Below are positions 34,588-42,717 of a stretch of DNA of 42,717 nucleotides, one piece after another. The stretch's first letter is position 1; every line of letters begins with the position of its first letter. Where the stretch lies: the IMG/VR virus record IMGVR_UViG_3300014208_001436, positions 1 to 42,717 of that record, one strand, 5' to 3'. Below the pieces are notes generated by a model. It was not told the origin of the DNA. It saw only the letters and a program-made list of their open reading frames with translations, and did no database searches. The DNA comes from a virus (taxonomy: Duplodnaviria > Caudoviricetes). Position numbers and translations under genes: made by a program.

Positions 34588-37500
34588 ACGATTCCTCCTG
34601 TGACTGTTGTTTGGATTTGCTTAGCTGAGGCCGAGACAAGACCGGTTGGGGGAAACTCAAAATCAAGCTCGCAGCCCATCGCATCGCGCACACGCGCCCG
34701 GAAATAGGGCGTGTCAGCAGCGACCAGGGCTTTAGACCAGTTATGATGGCCGCCACTTGCAACGCTACGAGGCCTAAAGCGGATCATGGCCGCTTCCGTG
34801 TTTCCAAAGCGCACTACCTGGACTTGATTTTCACTGGTTTTGGCAGCCAATTTAGATGGTTTCAAAAGGGGAATAATATATATTTCCCTTTTGAGACTAT
34901 CTAAATCCTGCCCTTTCAACTCGCGAAAAGATGAGTTTTTTGCAGCACTTTCTGATGAATAGAGGTCGGGCCATAAAGTCGCCATCCGACCCGCTGAAAC
35001 AGGCAGTCCAAGCCGCGCCCTGCGGTACGCTTGCTCAAGTTTTGTCCCCTCGCAATTTAATAACTCCGCGAAGCCCGCTAACCGGTCGACATCGATGTCC
35101 AAAGGCACCTTGCAGAGGATGTAAACGTCCTTCATATGGTCCGGATGGATAAGCCGGATGCGGTCGATGGCTTGCAGCGACTCCCGCTCGCGCTTAAGCT
35201 CAAGGACCCGTTGGACGCGCGGGTCGGGATGCACGTCAACCTCAACACCCAGCTTCGCGCCACCGCGCATCCGGTAGCCGCGTGGCGCTTTGCTGTATGC
35301 GCCAGGCAGGTTAAGCGGGTTCGGGTCATCATCCCATACCGAGCGTGCCAGCGCCTCTACCGCCAGCGGCGGCGGTTGCTCGCGGCCTATGGTAAGGCAC
35401 GCCTCGTAGCCCTTCCAGTCATCCACGCCGCGTATACGCCCGAAATGCGAGATAGTGGCTCCTTCCCATTCGCAGGACAGCGGTAGATGCGGGGCATCCT
35501 CGCCCGTTATGGCCCGCCTGACCGGTAACGGGCAGACGACAAGTAGTCTGGAAGATTTGCTGAGTTTACGGATGGCGAGCTTGACGCTCTCAAGGCGTTG
35601 CGTGGCCTTGGCGTTGAAATCCGGCGCAGCGCCGTCGAAGCCCAGCAGGGATTGCCGCGAGAAATTTGAGGTATGGCACTGTGTGACCACCGCGTTCCGC
35701 CGGACCGGAATGGTGACGTGCTCTATCTGTCCGCCGAACAGGCGTCTGGTTATTTCCTCGTCGGCGTCCGCGTCTATGACCAGTAGTGGTCGAGTCCGGC
35801 CTATAAGCACCTTCCGCCGCCACCGGACGCTTACCCGGTTCTGGCGTTCCGGTTTGCCGTCCACCAGAACCGGCACGTTGCGTTGTAGCTCCACGGTATG
35901 CGAGATAACGCGCGGGAGGTCTATCTCTTTTGACAGCTGCCGCAGGAGCCGCGCGATTTTCTCGCGCTCGGACTCTTCAAGCGCGCTAAGGCGTTGCACC
36001 GCCTCTTCTTCCGGCATATCCGGTGTTATGCCGGTGTCGCCGTCCTCTCTGCCTTCCGCGATATCGGCAGCCTTTACGAGCATGGCGTGCGTGAGGTCTT
36101 TTGCCCGTATGGCCGACAGTTCCGGCCCGCCTTCCGCGAGTGCTGCGTGAATATCGGTCATGCACCTTGTGAGGTGCTCTGCATCTTCGCCGTCGGCCCA
36201 TGCGGGTTTCTCTGTCAGCCGGTCGGGTGCAAATTGCAGGCCACCGGCCAAAACCTCCACTACAGACTCGTCGCAGATGACCATATCCGGCGGCGGGTAG
36301 TCGGACAGCATGGGTAAATGCAGATATTCATGCGACCAGATGCGCACGCCCGGCCCGTGGCTCTCCCATTGGCGTATCCAGGGGCAGTGATAGTAAAACT
36401 TGCAGTCCCCGGTTGTGGATTTGCAGAGGGTCTTATAGACGTTCAGGCCCAATCGGCCGGCGGCATCAGCCGCGTCCGGCTTGCGGCACATGGTCTTGGG
36501 CTCGTGTGGCCGCCGCACCTCATGCGCCCGTGCGAGTCGTCCGCGCATAACGCGCACGTCCGGGCCTGGCGCATGGGCGGGGTCGCATGACAGCTGTGCG
36601 AACTGTTCCGCCAGACGGTCGGCCAGGTCTATGGTGGGAACCATTATCCAGACGCGCATATCCCAGACTGCTTTACGCGCCATTATCTCATGGGCCACCT
36701 GTATTGTCTTGCCCAGACCCGCCGCCGCCTGCACCGCCACTCGCGGCGCGTCACGCAGGCTGGGGATGCCGTATTGCTCCTTGACCGCCGTCCGGAGTTC
36801 CTCCGCGACTCCTGGCGGCAGCTTCCGTGCAAATCTGGCGCGATGGCGTCTGGCTAGTTCTTTACGCGCCTGTGCGAGTGGCACCGCGCGGTCGAACCAG
36901 CCCGCGATAACGGATTTAAGCTGTGCGGACGCCTCGTCACGCGGTAACGGCTGCGTATCGTAGCCGGGCGGGACGTCAGAGATAAGCCGTGGAATCTTTT
37001 TGCCGTCGCCAAAGCCCTTCCGCCTGGCTCCGCCTATCATGGCCAGTACTTCACTCCGCGTCTGCTCGCTGCTCCAGCCGGGTAAAGTATGGCGTTCGGC
37101 CTTTGCCAGTATATCCTGATCCGTCCAGCCGCAGGCCACCATTCTGGCGACCGCGCGTAGCATCGGCAGATGCCAGTTACTCGGTCCTATCTGCGCCAGT
37201 AGCGCATCTATGCCCGGCGACGGCTGGCGGCTGGTTGTTGTTGGCGCGGTAGGCGCAGCTGTCGGCGGCGCGGGGGGAAAAGCGGCCTCAAGTTCCTCGG
37301 GTGCATATCTGCGCGGCGAGAGTTCCTCAAACGAGGTTATCTCCGTGACGCGGCCTTTCTTACGCGGCCAGGCGACCGAGCCGCCCATGCGCATGACGCG
37401 GCCTGTGTTGAAAACGGCGGTGTCGCCGCCCAACGCCTCCGCTATGGCGCGGTTTATGCGGCGGCAGGCCTCGCCGTCGCATAACGGTTCCTGCAGCCGC

Positions 37501-37919
37501 CACCACAGTTGGCCGCGTGAGTACGGCTGGCGGCCTGTGATTACTTTAGCGGTGGGTGGAACGCCTTTCTCGCCGCATAACTTCTCTGCCTGTTCCAGGG
37601 CCCCTTCATCGTCGAAATCAGCGTATAAGGCGGTGAGCGCGCGAAAATCAGCATCAGATGACCTCCTGTCCCGTCGTGTGTCCAGTCGCCGCAGCGCAGC
37701 ACCGAGGTATAGGTTTTGACCCGCCACGGCGTTCCGGGCGGCGGCAAACTCCGCGATACCGGCTAAATCCTGCGGGCTAAATAGCCGCGCGTGCCGCAAT
37801 CGGCCGTCTGCCGCATCCGTCCATGCCAATTCCACCAACGCATCGGGTAAAGGTTCGAACAGATGTCGCAGATGCGCAGCAATGGCCGACTTATTGGGCG
37901 AGAGAAGCGTTTCGTTCAT
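34584..37919 (-). CDS. Primase (RepB/AEP-like) fused to helicase-like replication domain
   Basis: LYADFD, GQLWWRL, RVMRMGGS primase motifs; AAAGLGKT Walker A, VICDES Walker B, HFGRIRGVD; ATG 37919 overlaps helicase stop. Confidence 0.75.
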   Translation of the reverse strand: MNETLLSPNKSAIAAHLRHLFEPLPDALVELAWTDAADGRLRHARLFSPQDLAGIAEFAAARNAVAGQNLYLGAALRRLDTRRDRRSSDADFRALTALYADFDDEGALEQAEKLCGEKGVPPTAKVITGRQPYSRGQLWWRLQEPLCDGEACRRINRAIAEALGGDTAVFNTGRVMRMGGSVAWPRKKGRVTEITSFEELSPRRYAPEELEAAFPPAPPTAAPTAPTTTSRQPSPGIDALLAQIGPSNWHLPMLRAVARMVACGWTDQDILAKAERHTLPGWSSEQTRSEVLAMIGGARRKGFGDGKKIPRLISDVPPGYDTQPLPRDEASAQLKSVIAGWFDRAVPLAQARKELARRHRARFARKLPPGVAEELRTAVKEQYGIPSLRDAPRVAVQAAAGLGKTIQVAHEIMARKAVWDMRVWIMVPTIDLADRLAEQFAQLSCDPAHAPGPDVRVMRGRLARAHEVRRPHEPKTMCRKPDAADAAGRLGLNVYKTLCKSTTGDCKFYYHCPWIRQWESHGPGVRIWSHEYLHLPMLSDYPPPDMVICDESVVEVLAGGLQFAPDRLTEKPAWADGEDAEHLTRCMTDIHAALAEGGPELSAIRAKDLTHAMLVKAADIAEGREDGDTGITPDMPEEEAVQRLSALEESEREKIARLLRQLSKEIDLPRVISHTVELQRNVPVLVDGKPERQNRVSVRWRRKVLIGRTRPLLVIDADADEEITRRLFGGQIEHVTIPVRRNAVVTQCHTSNFSRQSLLGFDGAAPDFNAKATQRLESVKLAIRKLSKSSRLLVVCPLPVRRAITGEDAPHLPLSCEWEGATISHFGRIRGVDDWKGYEACLTIGREQPPPLAVEALARSVWDDDPNPLNLPGAYSKAPRGYRMRGGAKLGVEVDVHPDPRVQRVLELKRERESLQAIDRIRLIHPDHMKDVYILCKVPLDIDVDRLAGFAELLNCEGTKLEQAYRRARLGLPVSAGRMATLWPDLYSSESAAKNSSFRELKGQDLDSLKREIYIIPLLKPSKLAAKTSENQVQVVRFGNTEAAMIRFRPRSVASGGHHNWSKALVAADTPYFRARVRDAMGCELDFEFPPTGLVSASAKQIQTTVTGGIV
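34850..34906. repeat. AT-rich 26-bp inverted repeat (origin candidate)
   Basis: ATTTAGATGGTTTCAAAAGGGGAATA-ATATA-TATTTCCCTTTTGAGACTATCTAAAT. Confidence 0.65.
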
Positions 37920-39496
37920 TGCTTCCTCCGCCAGAGCCAGGCCTTGGCTATCGCAATGGTTAAGAGGTCCGACGCCGCGCCTGCGGTTATCCCGCTTGGC
38001 ACCTGCACGCGCCATTTACTGAGCGCCGCCAACAGCTTCTCAGAAGCGGGCTTCAGTCGCCAGCCCGCGTTCTCGGCCGCCAGGACGGTTGCCATTGCCC
38101 GCCGGATGTAATCTTCGCCTATGCCTTGCGCCATCTCTAGGTCCACAGGTCGGGGCTCAAGTATGGTCGGTGCTTCGAGGCGATCTTTTGGCGAGACCTC
38201 GACTATCCAGCCGTCACCTGAGCGGATGAGCATTACAGTACCGCGTCGTCCAGCAGAGGCGGCGTAAAACGCATTCTCAGAGGTTGTCCAGTGGAACTGC
38301 CGCCGCTCAGGCAGTGCCCGGTTGGCCGTGACCAGTGACGAGACAAGTGCGTCCTCGCGCTTTCTCTTCTTCTCCAGTGCTTCCGTGACTGTTTCGCCGT
38401 TGGCCTCGTCTGGGTCTAAACCGAATAAAACGGGTGCCTGGACGAGCTTGTGCTTGCGCGACGCGCCCGCGAGGTCGATTATCAGGCAGTCCTCTTTGCC
38501 GGGGAAGATGCGTGTGCCGCGACCTATCATCTGGAGGTAAAGCGTTTTAGATTGCGTGGGCCGGGCTATCAAGATGGCGTCCACGGACGGCTCGTCAAAG
38601 CCCTCGGTCAGGACGGCGCAGTTGGCCACTATCTGAGTCTCGCCGGTCTTGAAGCGCTGTAATATCGACCTGCGTTCTTCGATCGGGGTGTTCCCGCATA
38701 GCCATTCGGCGAATTCTCCACGGCTTTGCAGTTCCTCCGCTGTGCGCCGCGCTTGGTCCACGGTGACTGTGAAGATCAGTGCTTTTCGGCCTGCGCCATA
38801 ATTTTGGTAGGCATTCGCGGTGGCCTCGGCTGCTCCAGCCCGGAGCATGGCATTGCCTAGCTCGCCTTGGTTATAGTCGCCGTTTACGGTGGGAATACTG
38901 TCGAGGTCGAAGTCCAGCGCGACCTGCTGCATACGCAGGTCCACCAGCCACCCGTCTTTGACGGCTTGCAGCAGTTGCATCTGGTAGACGATGGCTTCGA
39001 ACGATTTATCCAGCCCGATACTGTCGCCGCGCTCGACGGTGGCGGTAAGGCCTAAAACAGGCGGCCCGTCCGGCTTAAAGCAGCCGAGCGCGTCCATCGT
39101 CCGCATATAGGTGTCGGCTGCCGCGTGATGCGCCTCGTCCACTACGACCTGGTCGAAACCGGATAGCGCCCTGAGGCGATTCGCTCGCGATACTGTTTGT
39201 ATCGAGCCGAATACCATCTGCGCGTCTGTTTCATTGCGTTCCGCCTTTACAACGCCGGTGGAGGCCTCCGGCCAGACGGCGCGAATGGCGCGCAGCGGCT
39301 GCTCGATAAGCTCGTCGCGATGTGCGAGCCATAACGTCCGGCCGCCCCGGCGTTTAGCTATTGCGAGGCCGGTTACAGTTTTGCCGCAGCCCGTGGGCAG
39401 GTTTATTATCCCGCGCCTGAGGCCGCCATTTAACCTGGTCTCCCAGGCTTCAATGGCGGCCTCCTGATAAGGGCGTAAGGCAATGCCGGTTTCCAT
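37916..39496 (-). CDS. SF2 DEAH-box helicase
   Basis: LRPYQ, PTGCGKT, DEAHH, TAT, LTEGFD, QMIGRGTR. Confidence 0.93.
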   Translation of the reverse strand: METGIALRPYQEAAIEAWETRLNGGLRRGIINLPTGCGKTVTGLAIAKRRGGRTLWLAHRDELIEQPLRAIRAVWPEASTGVVKAERNETDAQMVFGSIQTVSRANRLRALSGFDQVVVDEAHHAAADTYMRTMDALGCFKPDGPPVLGLTATVERGDSIGLDKSFEAIVYQMQLLQAVKDGWLVDLRMQQVALDFDLDSIPTVNGDYNQGELGNAMLRAGAAEATANAYQNYGAGRKALIFTVTVDQARRTAEELQSRGEFAEWLCGNTPIEERRSILQRFKTGETQIVANCAVLTEGFDEPSVDAILIARPTQSKTLYLQMIGRGTRIFPGKEDCLIIDLAGASRKHKLVQAPVLFGLDPDEANGETVTEALEKKRKREDALVSSLVTANRALPERRQFHWTTSENAFYAASAGRRGTVMLIRSGDGWIVEVSPKDRLEAPTILEPRPVDLEMAQGIGEDYIRRAMATVLAAENAGWRLKPASEKLLAALSKWRVQVPSGITAGAASDLLTIAIAKAWLWRRKQ

Positions 39497-39503
39497 GTGG
39501 CGC

Positions 39504-40067
39504 TCAGAAGGGAACGGAGCCGCTCTTGGCGTCCGCTGGTTTCTCTTTTACCGATGGCGGCGCGGTCTTACGCGGCGCGGGTAGCGCGTCATTGGCGGGT
39601 TCGGGGTGCTTGTCGGTGTAGATTTCCTCAATGAAGTTCTTCTCGTTGCTGTAAGTCCGTCCGTTAACGACCTTGTCGTAAGTCGTTACGCCCAGGAGTG
39701 CGCGGAAGGTGCGCCCCTGCAGGTCGGACTCCTCGAACGAGAACTCGCCGTCGTATTGCAGCCCTACGGCGTGCAGGAAATGCACAGCCATGCCGTGGCC
39801 CGGGTTGGCCTTCTCGCCGTTGCCGCGCGGGACCCAGACCACGTTATGCCAGACGCGCTTGCCGAAGTGCTCGCCTTCGTCCGCTACCTCGCAGGTCAGC
39901 TTTGTAAGGGGCGTGCCGGGATTCTTGCCGCCCTGTGTTACCAGGCCGTCCGAGTGGTCGGCTATCTGCAGCGTATAGATACCGCGCGGCGCTGGCGCGA
40001 ACTGTGCGCCGCCGCCCTGTCCGGTGATCTCCGCGCCTGCGTCGCCCTTATAATTTATGCGTGCCAT
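39504..40067 (-). CDS. DUF669-like single-stranded DNA-binding protein
   Basis: FAPAPRGIYTLQI..., C-terminal VPF; follows the AAA ATPase; GGAGG SD. Confidence 0.65.
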   Translation of the reverse strand: MARINYKGDAGAEITGQGGGAQFAPAPRGIYTLQIADHSDGLVTQGGKNPGTPLTKLTCEVADEGEHFGKRVWHNVVWVPRGNGEKANPGHGMAVHFLHAVGLQYDGEFSFEESDLQGRTFRALLGVTTYDKVVNGRTYSNEKNFIEEIYTDKHPEPANDALPAPRKTAPPSVKEKPADAKSGSVPF

Positions 40068-40068
40068 G

Positions 40069-40896
40069 TTATTTGCCTCCTTTGGATTTTGCTGCGGGTT
40101 TCTTTTCAGGCTCTTTGGCGGGTTCGGCTACCGGCGGCTTCGACTCGGCAGCCGCCTGGATAGCGGCCCACTGGTTGGTTTTGGGGAGGGTGATGGTCTT
40201 ATCTTCCAGTTCCGGGATGCGGCTCCCGTATGTGCCAAGCGGGCCGCCCTGGAAGCTCACGAAGTACTGCGTCGCGTTGCCGACCTGCTTTTTGTAGCAA
40301 TGCCCGATGGCGTCGGCCTCGGCGGCGATGTATGAGCCCAGCTTACCGGGTACCTGAATCCCGGCCGGGACCACAACCTTGCCGTCCGCATCTATGCGGG
40401 GCTCTTTGCTATGGGCGACGAGTACGGCCAGCTTTCCGGAGGTCTTGAGATAGCCGATGAGCTTCTCGAATTTACCGCGTAACTCCTTCCAGACGGCGAA
40501 GCCGTTGACTCCCTCTTTGCGCTCGCTGATGCTTTCAAGTTCGTATTTCTCGGCCACCTCGGCCTCAAGCCAGTCGCTTATTACGTCGAGGCTATCTATC
40601 ACCAATGCCTTGATGCTCGGTTCCTCCACGGCGGCTACGACCGCCTGGCGGAAGGTGGCGATGTCGGGAATCTCCTGGACCCAGCCGTCAATGCGGTCCG
40701 CGCCGCCCCGCTCAAGTTCGAGCAGGATGGAATTAGGGATGCTGGCCGATAATGATGTCTTCCCGGCTTTCGGAAGCCCGGCAAGAATCCAAAGGCCGTC
40801 GGTCGGCATGCCCGTTTTTAACTTACCCCGGGGTGGCGCAAGTTTGAACTTCGGCGGCGGCGCCTGGTTGCCTTGTGCTGCTGTTTCTGTGTTCAT
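40069..40896 (-). CDS. AAA_24/Sak4-like ATPase (recombination)
   Basis: GLPKAGKT Walker A, LVIDSLD Walker B, LVAHSKE. Confidence 0.8.
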   Translation of the reverse strand: MNTETAAQGNQAPPPKFKLAPPRGKLKTGMPTDGLWILAGLPKAGKTSLSASIPNSILLELERGGADRIDGWVQEIPDIATFRQAVVAAVEEPSIKALVIDSLDVISDWLEAEVAEKYELESISERKEGVNGFAVWKELRGKFEKLIGYLKTSGKLAVLVAHSKEPRIDADGKVVVPAGIQVPGKLGSYIAAEADAIGHCYKKQVGNATQYFVSFQGGPLGTYGSRIPELEDKTITLPKTNQWAAIQAAAESKPPVAEPAKEPEKKPAAKSKGGK

Positions 40897-40927
40897 TGTG
40901 GTCTCCTATGCGTTTAATTTACCGACA

Positions 40928-41773
40928 CTAAAATGGGAACGCCGTTTTCTTGGATTTGGGCGCGGTTGTCTTAGAGGCGCGGGCCGCCTCTTCTGCGCGT
41001 ATAGTTTTCGTGCAAAAGTCGGGCTCTCCGATTAGCGGGACGGAATTAGAGAGCGCGACTGCAGCAACGTTTAGAAAGCCTTGTATGGCTGCGAGAAGGT
41101 CTGTGACAGGGCGGCCTTCTGAATCGTAGGGGGGCTTTTTACCGAAGCGGACTATTTCGGCCCAGGCGACCTTGATGCCATACTGCTCGGCCAGGGCTGC
41201 GGCATAGCCGCCGACCTGATAGGAATATTCATTGCCGTAGAAGCCGGAAGAAGTCTTAAGGTCCACTATTCCCAGGCCGCCGCGTGTGGCTGAGTAACCG
41301 ACGGCGTCGATGCGTCCGCCAAAGTGGTGTTCCAGAGAGGCGACAGGAAGCTCAAGAGCGACGAGCTCTATGTCGCTCTGCATGCGCCAGCGTTTGAAGT
41401 CGAGTGCGGGCTCGGCCAACTCGGCCGGGATGTCGGCGGGCTCCTCTCCTTTAATTATCGCCTCACACAAGACGTGTACTCGTGTGCCCAGATCAGCAGC
41501 GTCCTTGGACTTACGGCGATGCGCCCCTGCCGCGTCCTTGGCTATCTGGTCGAGCATGGCCGGATCAAGTGCGGTGCGCCCAAGGCGGAGTAGTTCGGCT
41601 TTGAAGTAATTGGCCGACTCCCTGGCGCTCCAGCCTACAAGAGCCGGTTTATCAAGGACTTGTAGGATGCCGGTCACGGATTTGAACGGGCCGACAGTCT
41701 CTCCGGAGGGGAGTATGACGCTGTATTTATGGTTCGCGTCGCTTACGGTATATTTAGGTTCGGGTAGTTTCAT
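40928..41773 (-). CDS. PD-(D/E)xK exonuclease (Cas4-like phage exonuclease)
   Basis: SVTGIL, GTRVH, GGRIDAV, IVDLKTS, YQVGGYA. Confidence 0.82.
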   Translation of the reverse strand: MKLPEPKYTVSDANHKYSVILPSGETVGPFKSVTGILQVLDKPALVGWSARESANYFKAELLRLGRTALDPAMLDQIAKDAAGAHRRKSKDAADLGTRVHVLCEAIIKGEEPADIPAELAEPALDFKRWRMQSDIELVALELPVASLEHHFGGRIDAVGYSATRGGLGIVDLKTSSGFYGNEYSYQVGGYAAALAEQYGIKVAWAEIVRFGKKPPYDSEGRPVTDLLAAIQGFLNVAAVALSNSVPLIGEPDFCTKTIRAEEAARASKTTAPKSKKTAFPF

Positions 41774-42051
41774 TGGTTTTCCTTTGTGGGCAGGCGTTCA
41801 ACTTTGAAAGCGTCCTCACCGAACTCGCGGGTGACTAGAGAGGTGAAGATCTGGGCGATATGCTGGCCGACGTCAGTGGTTTTATCGATAACACAGATTT
41901 TCTTTCCTTTATCGAAGATGAAGGACGCGTCCAGCCGCACTTTCGGCTTGCCGAATACGCTTTCGGCGTTAAACACTGCCCAGAACAGCGTTTCTTCAAT
42001 CGCCTTAGGTGGGATGGCCTCTTTGAATTTGAATCGGTATACTGCGTTCAT
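41770..42051 (-). CDS. Hypothetical protein, 93 aa
   Basis: GGAGGG SD; ATGA overlap with the exonuclease. Confidence 0.7.
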   Translation of the reverse strand: MNAVYRFKFKEAIPPKAIEETLFWAVFNAESVFGKPKVRLDASFIFDKGKKICVIDKTTDVGQHIAQIFTSLVTREFGEDAFKVERLPTKENQ

Positions 42052-42111
42052 AAATACCCTCCATTACCAACAAACGGCATTTTTTCGGAAAATGACACAC
42101 CCCGCCCGTTT

Positions 42112-42717
42112 TTAGAGATACTCATGCAGGCCGTTCTCATAAAACAACTTGCGCATTCGTTTGATTTCACGGCAGAGAGTGGTACGGCCAATTCCGAGGG
42201 ATTCTGCAATTTCACTGACGTTAAAGCCGTCCATCAGCAACGCGCATATATTTCGTTGAGAGTCGCTTAATATGGCCAACTTTAGAGACAGTGCAAGTCG
42301 TAGCTCTTCTTCTTGTTGAATCGGTTTCCGCCCTCTGCGTGCCAATGCCAAGTCCTCATCCAAAATATCGGCATAGTTGAGAGAGTCATCGGCCTCGCCG
42401 GTGTCGGGAAGATTGTCATCAAGGGATTCAAGTCGGGTATTGATGCAGCGTTTGTCTCTTTTGAGATCGTCGATGATATCACGGATGTGGTTGTCCAGGA
42501 TGCGGCTCGTGATAGTTCTCCAAGTTGCCTTTGTATCAGACAGTTTGGCCATCGCATCCCGCTTACAGTGGATTGCGAGCAGAAGCTCTTGTTCTAAGTC
42601 TGGGATGTCTTCAGTAGTAAACCCATATTTCCCAACAAGTCCTCGGGCCTTGCCACGTGCTAGATTAACCTCTGATTTAGCGAATGCTTCATAACCAACC
42701 GTATTGTTCTTTTTCAT
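42112..42717 (-). CDS. Sigma-70/ECF-like transcription factor
   Basis: Region 2-like DLEQELLL and region 4 HTH LSDSQRNICALLMDGFNVSEIAESLGIGRTTL. Confidence 0.8.
   Translation of the reverse strand: MKKNNTVGYEAFAKSEVNLARGKARGLVGKYGFTTEDIPDLEQELLLAIHCKRDAMAKLSDTKATWRTITSRILDNHIRDIIDDLKRDKRCINTRLESLDDNLPDTGEADDSLNYADILDEDLALARRGRKPIQQEEELRLALSLKLAILSDSQRNICALLMDGFNVSEIAESLGIGRTTLCREIKRMRKLFYENGLHEYL

Larger units (their letters stand above)
1..42717. mobile_element. Prophage (siphovirus-like, HK97-fold head), ends not visible in the window
   Basis: Ordered replication, packaging, head, neck, tail tube, tape measure and lysis modules on the minus strand; no tail sheath gene; tyrosine recombinase at the left. 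Whether 1-3299 belongs to the same element is inferred. Confidence 0.9.

Noticed and set aside
40928-41773. CRISPR-associated Cas4
   Set aside because: No repeat-spacer array or other cas genes in the window and no four-cysteine Fe-S motif; context is a Sak4/SSB recombination module.

Overview
The window holds most of a temperate siphovirus-like prophage. The minus strand (8292-42717) runs: sigma-70-like regulator, recombination/replication module (PD-(D/E)xK exonuclease, AAA ATPase, DUF669-like SSB, SF2 helicase, primase-helicase, resolvase), terminase, portal-MuF fusion, prohead protease, major capsid, FN3/beta-helix appendage genes, neck, non-contractile tail, tape measure and lysis. The plus strand (1-3299) carries small hypothetical genes, a HExxH peptidase and a XerD-like recombinase. 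Between them is a visibly AT-richer restriction-modification island (about 3300-8290) with two amino-methyltransferases and two paralogous nuclease subunits, one carrying a 2x[4Fe-4S] ferredoxin domain. The most striking observation is a Mom-like DNA-modification gene between terminase and portal whose 3' end contains a 72-nt tRNA-Gly(CCC)-like cloverleaf with glycine identity elements but non-canonical D and T loops. Other notable items are a double Dam-type methyltransferase flanked by candidate prohead-protease sites, a dif-like site between the terminase genes, a duplicated 26-bp late-promoter operator, an attenuator-like switch after a YezD-like gene, and a long AT-rich hairpin inside the primase gene. 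All calls come from reading motifs by eye; no searches were run and the host cannot be determined from this window.
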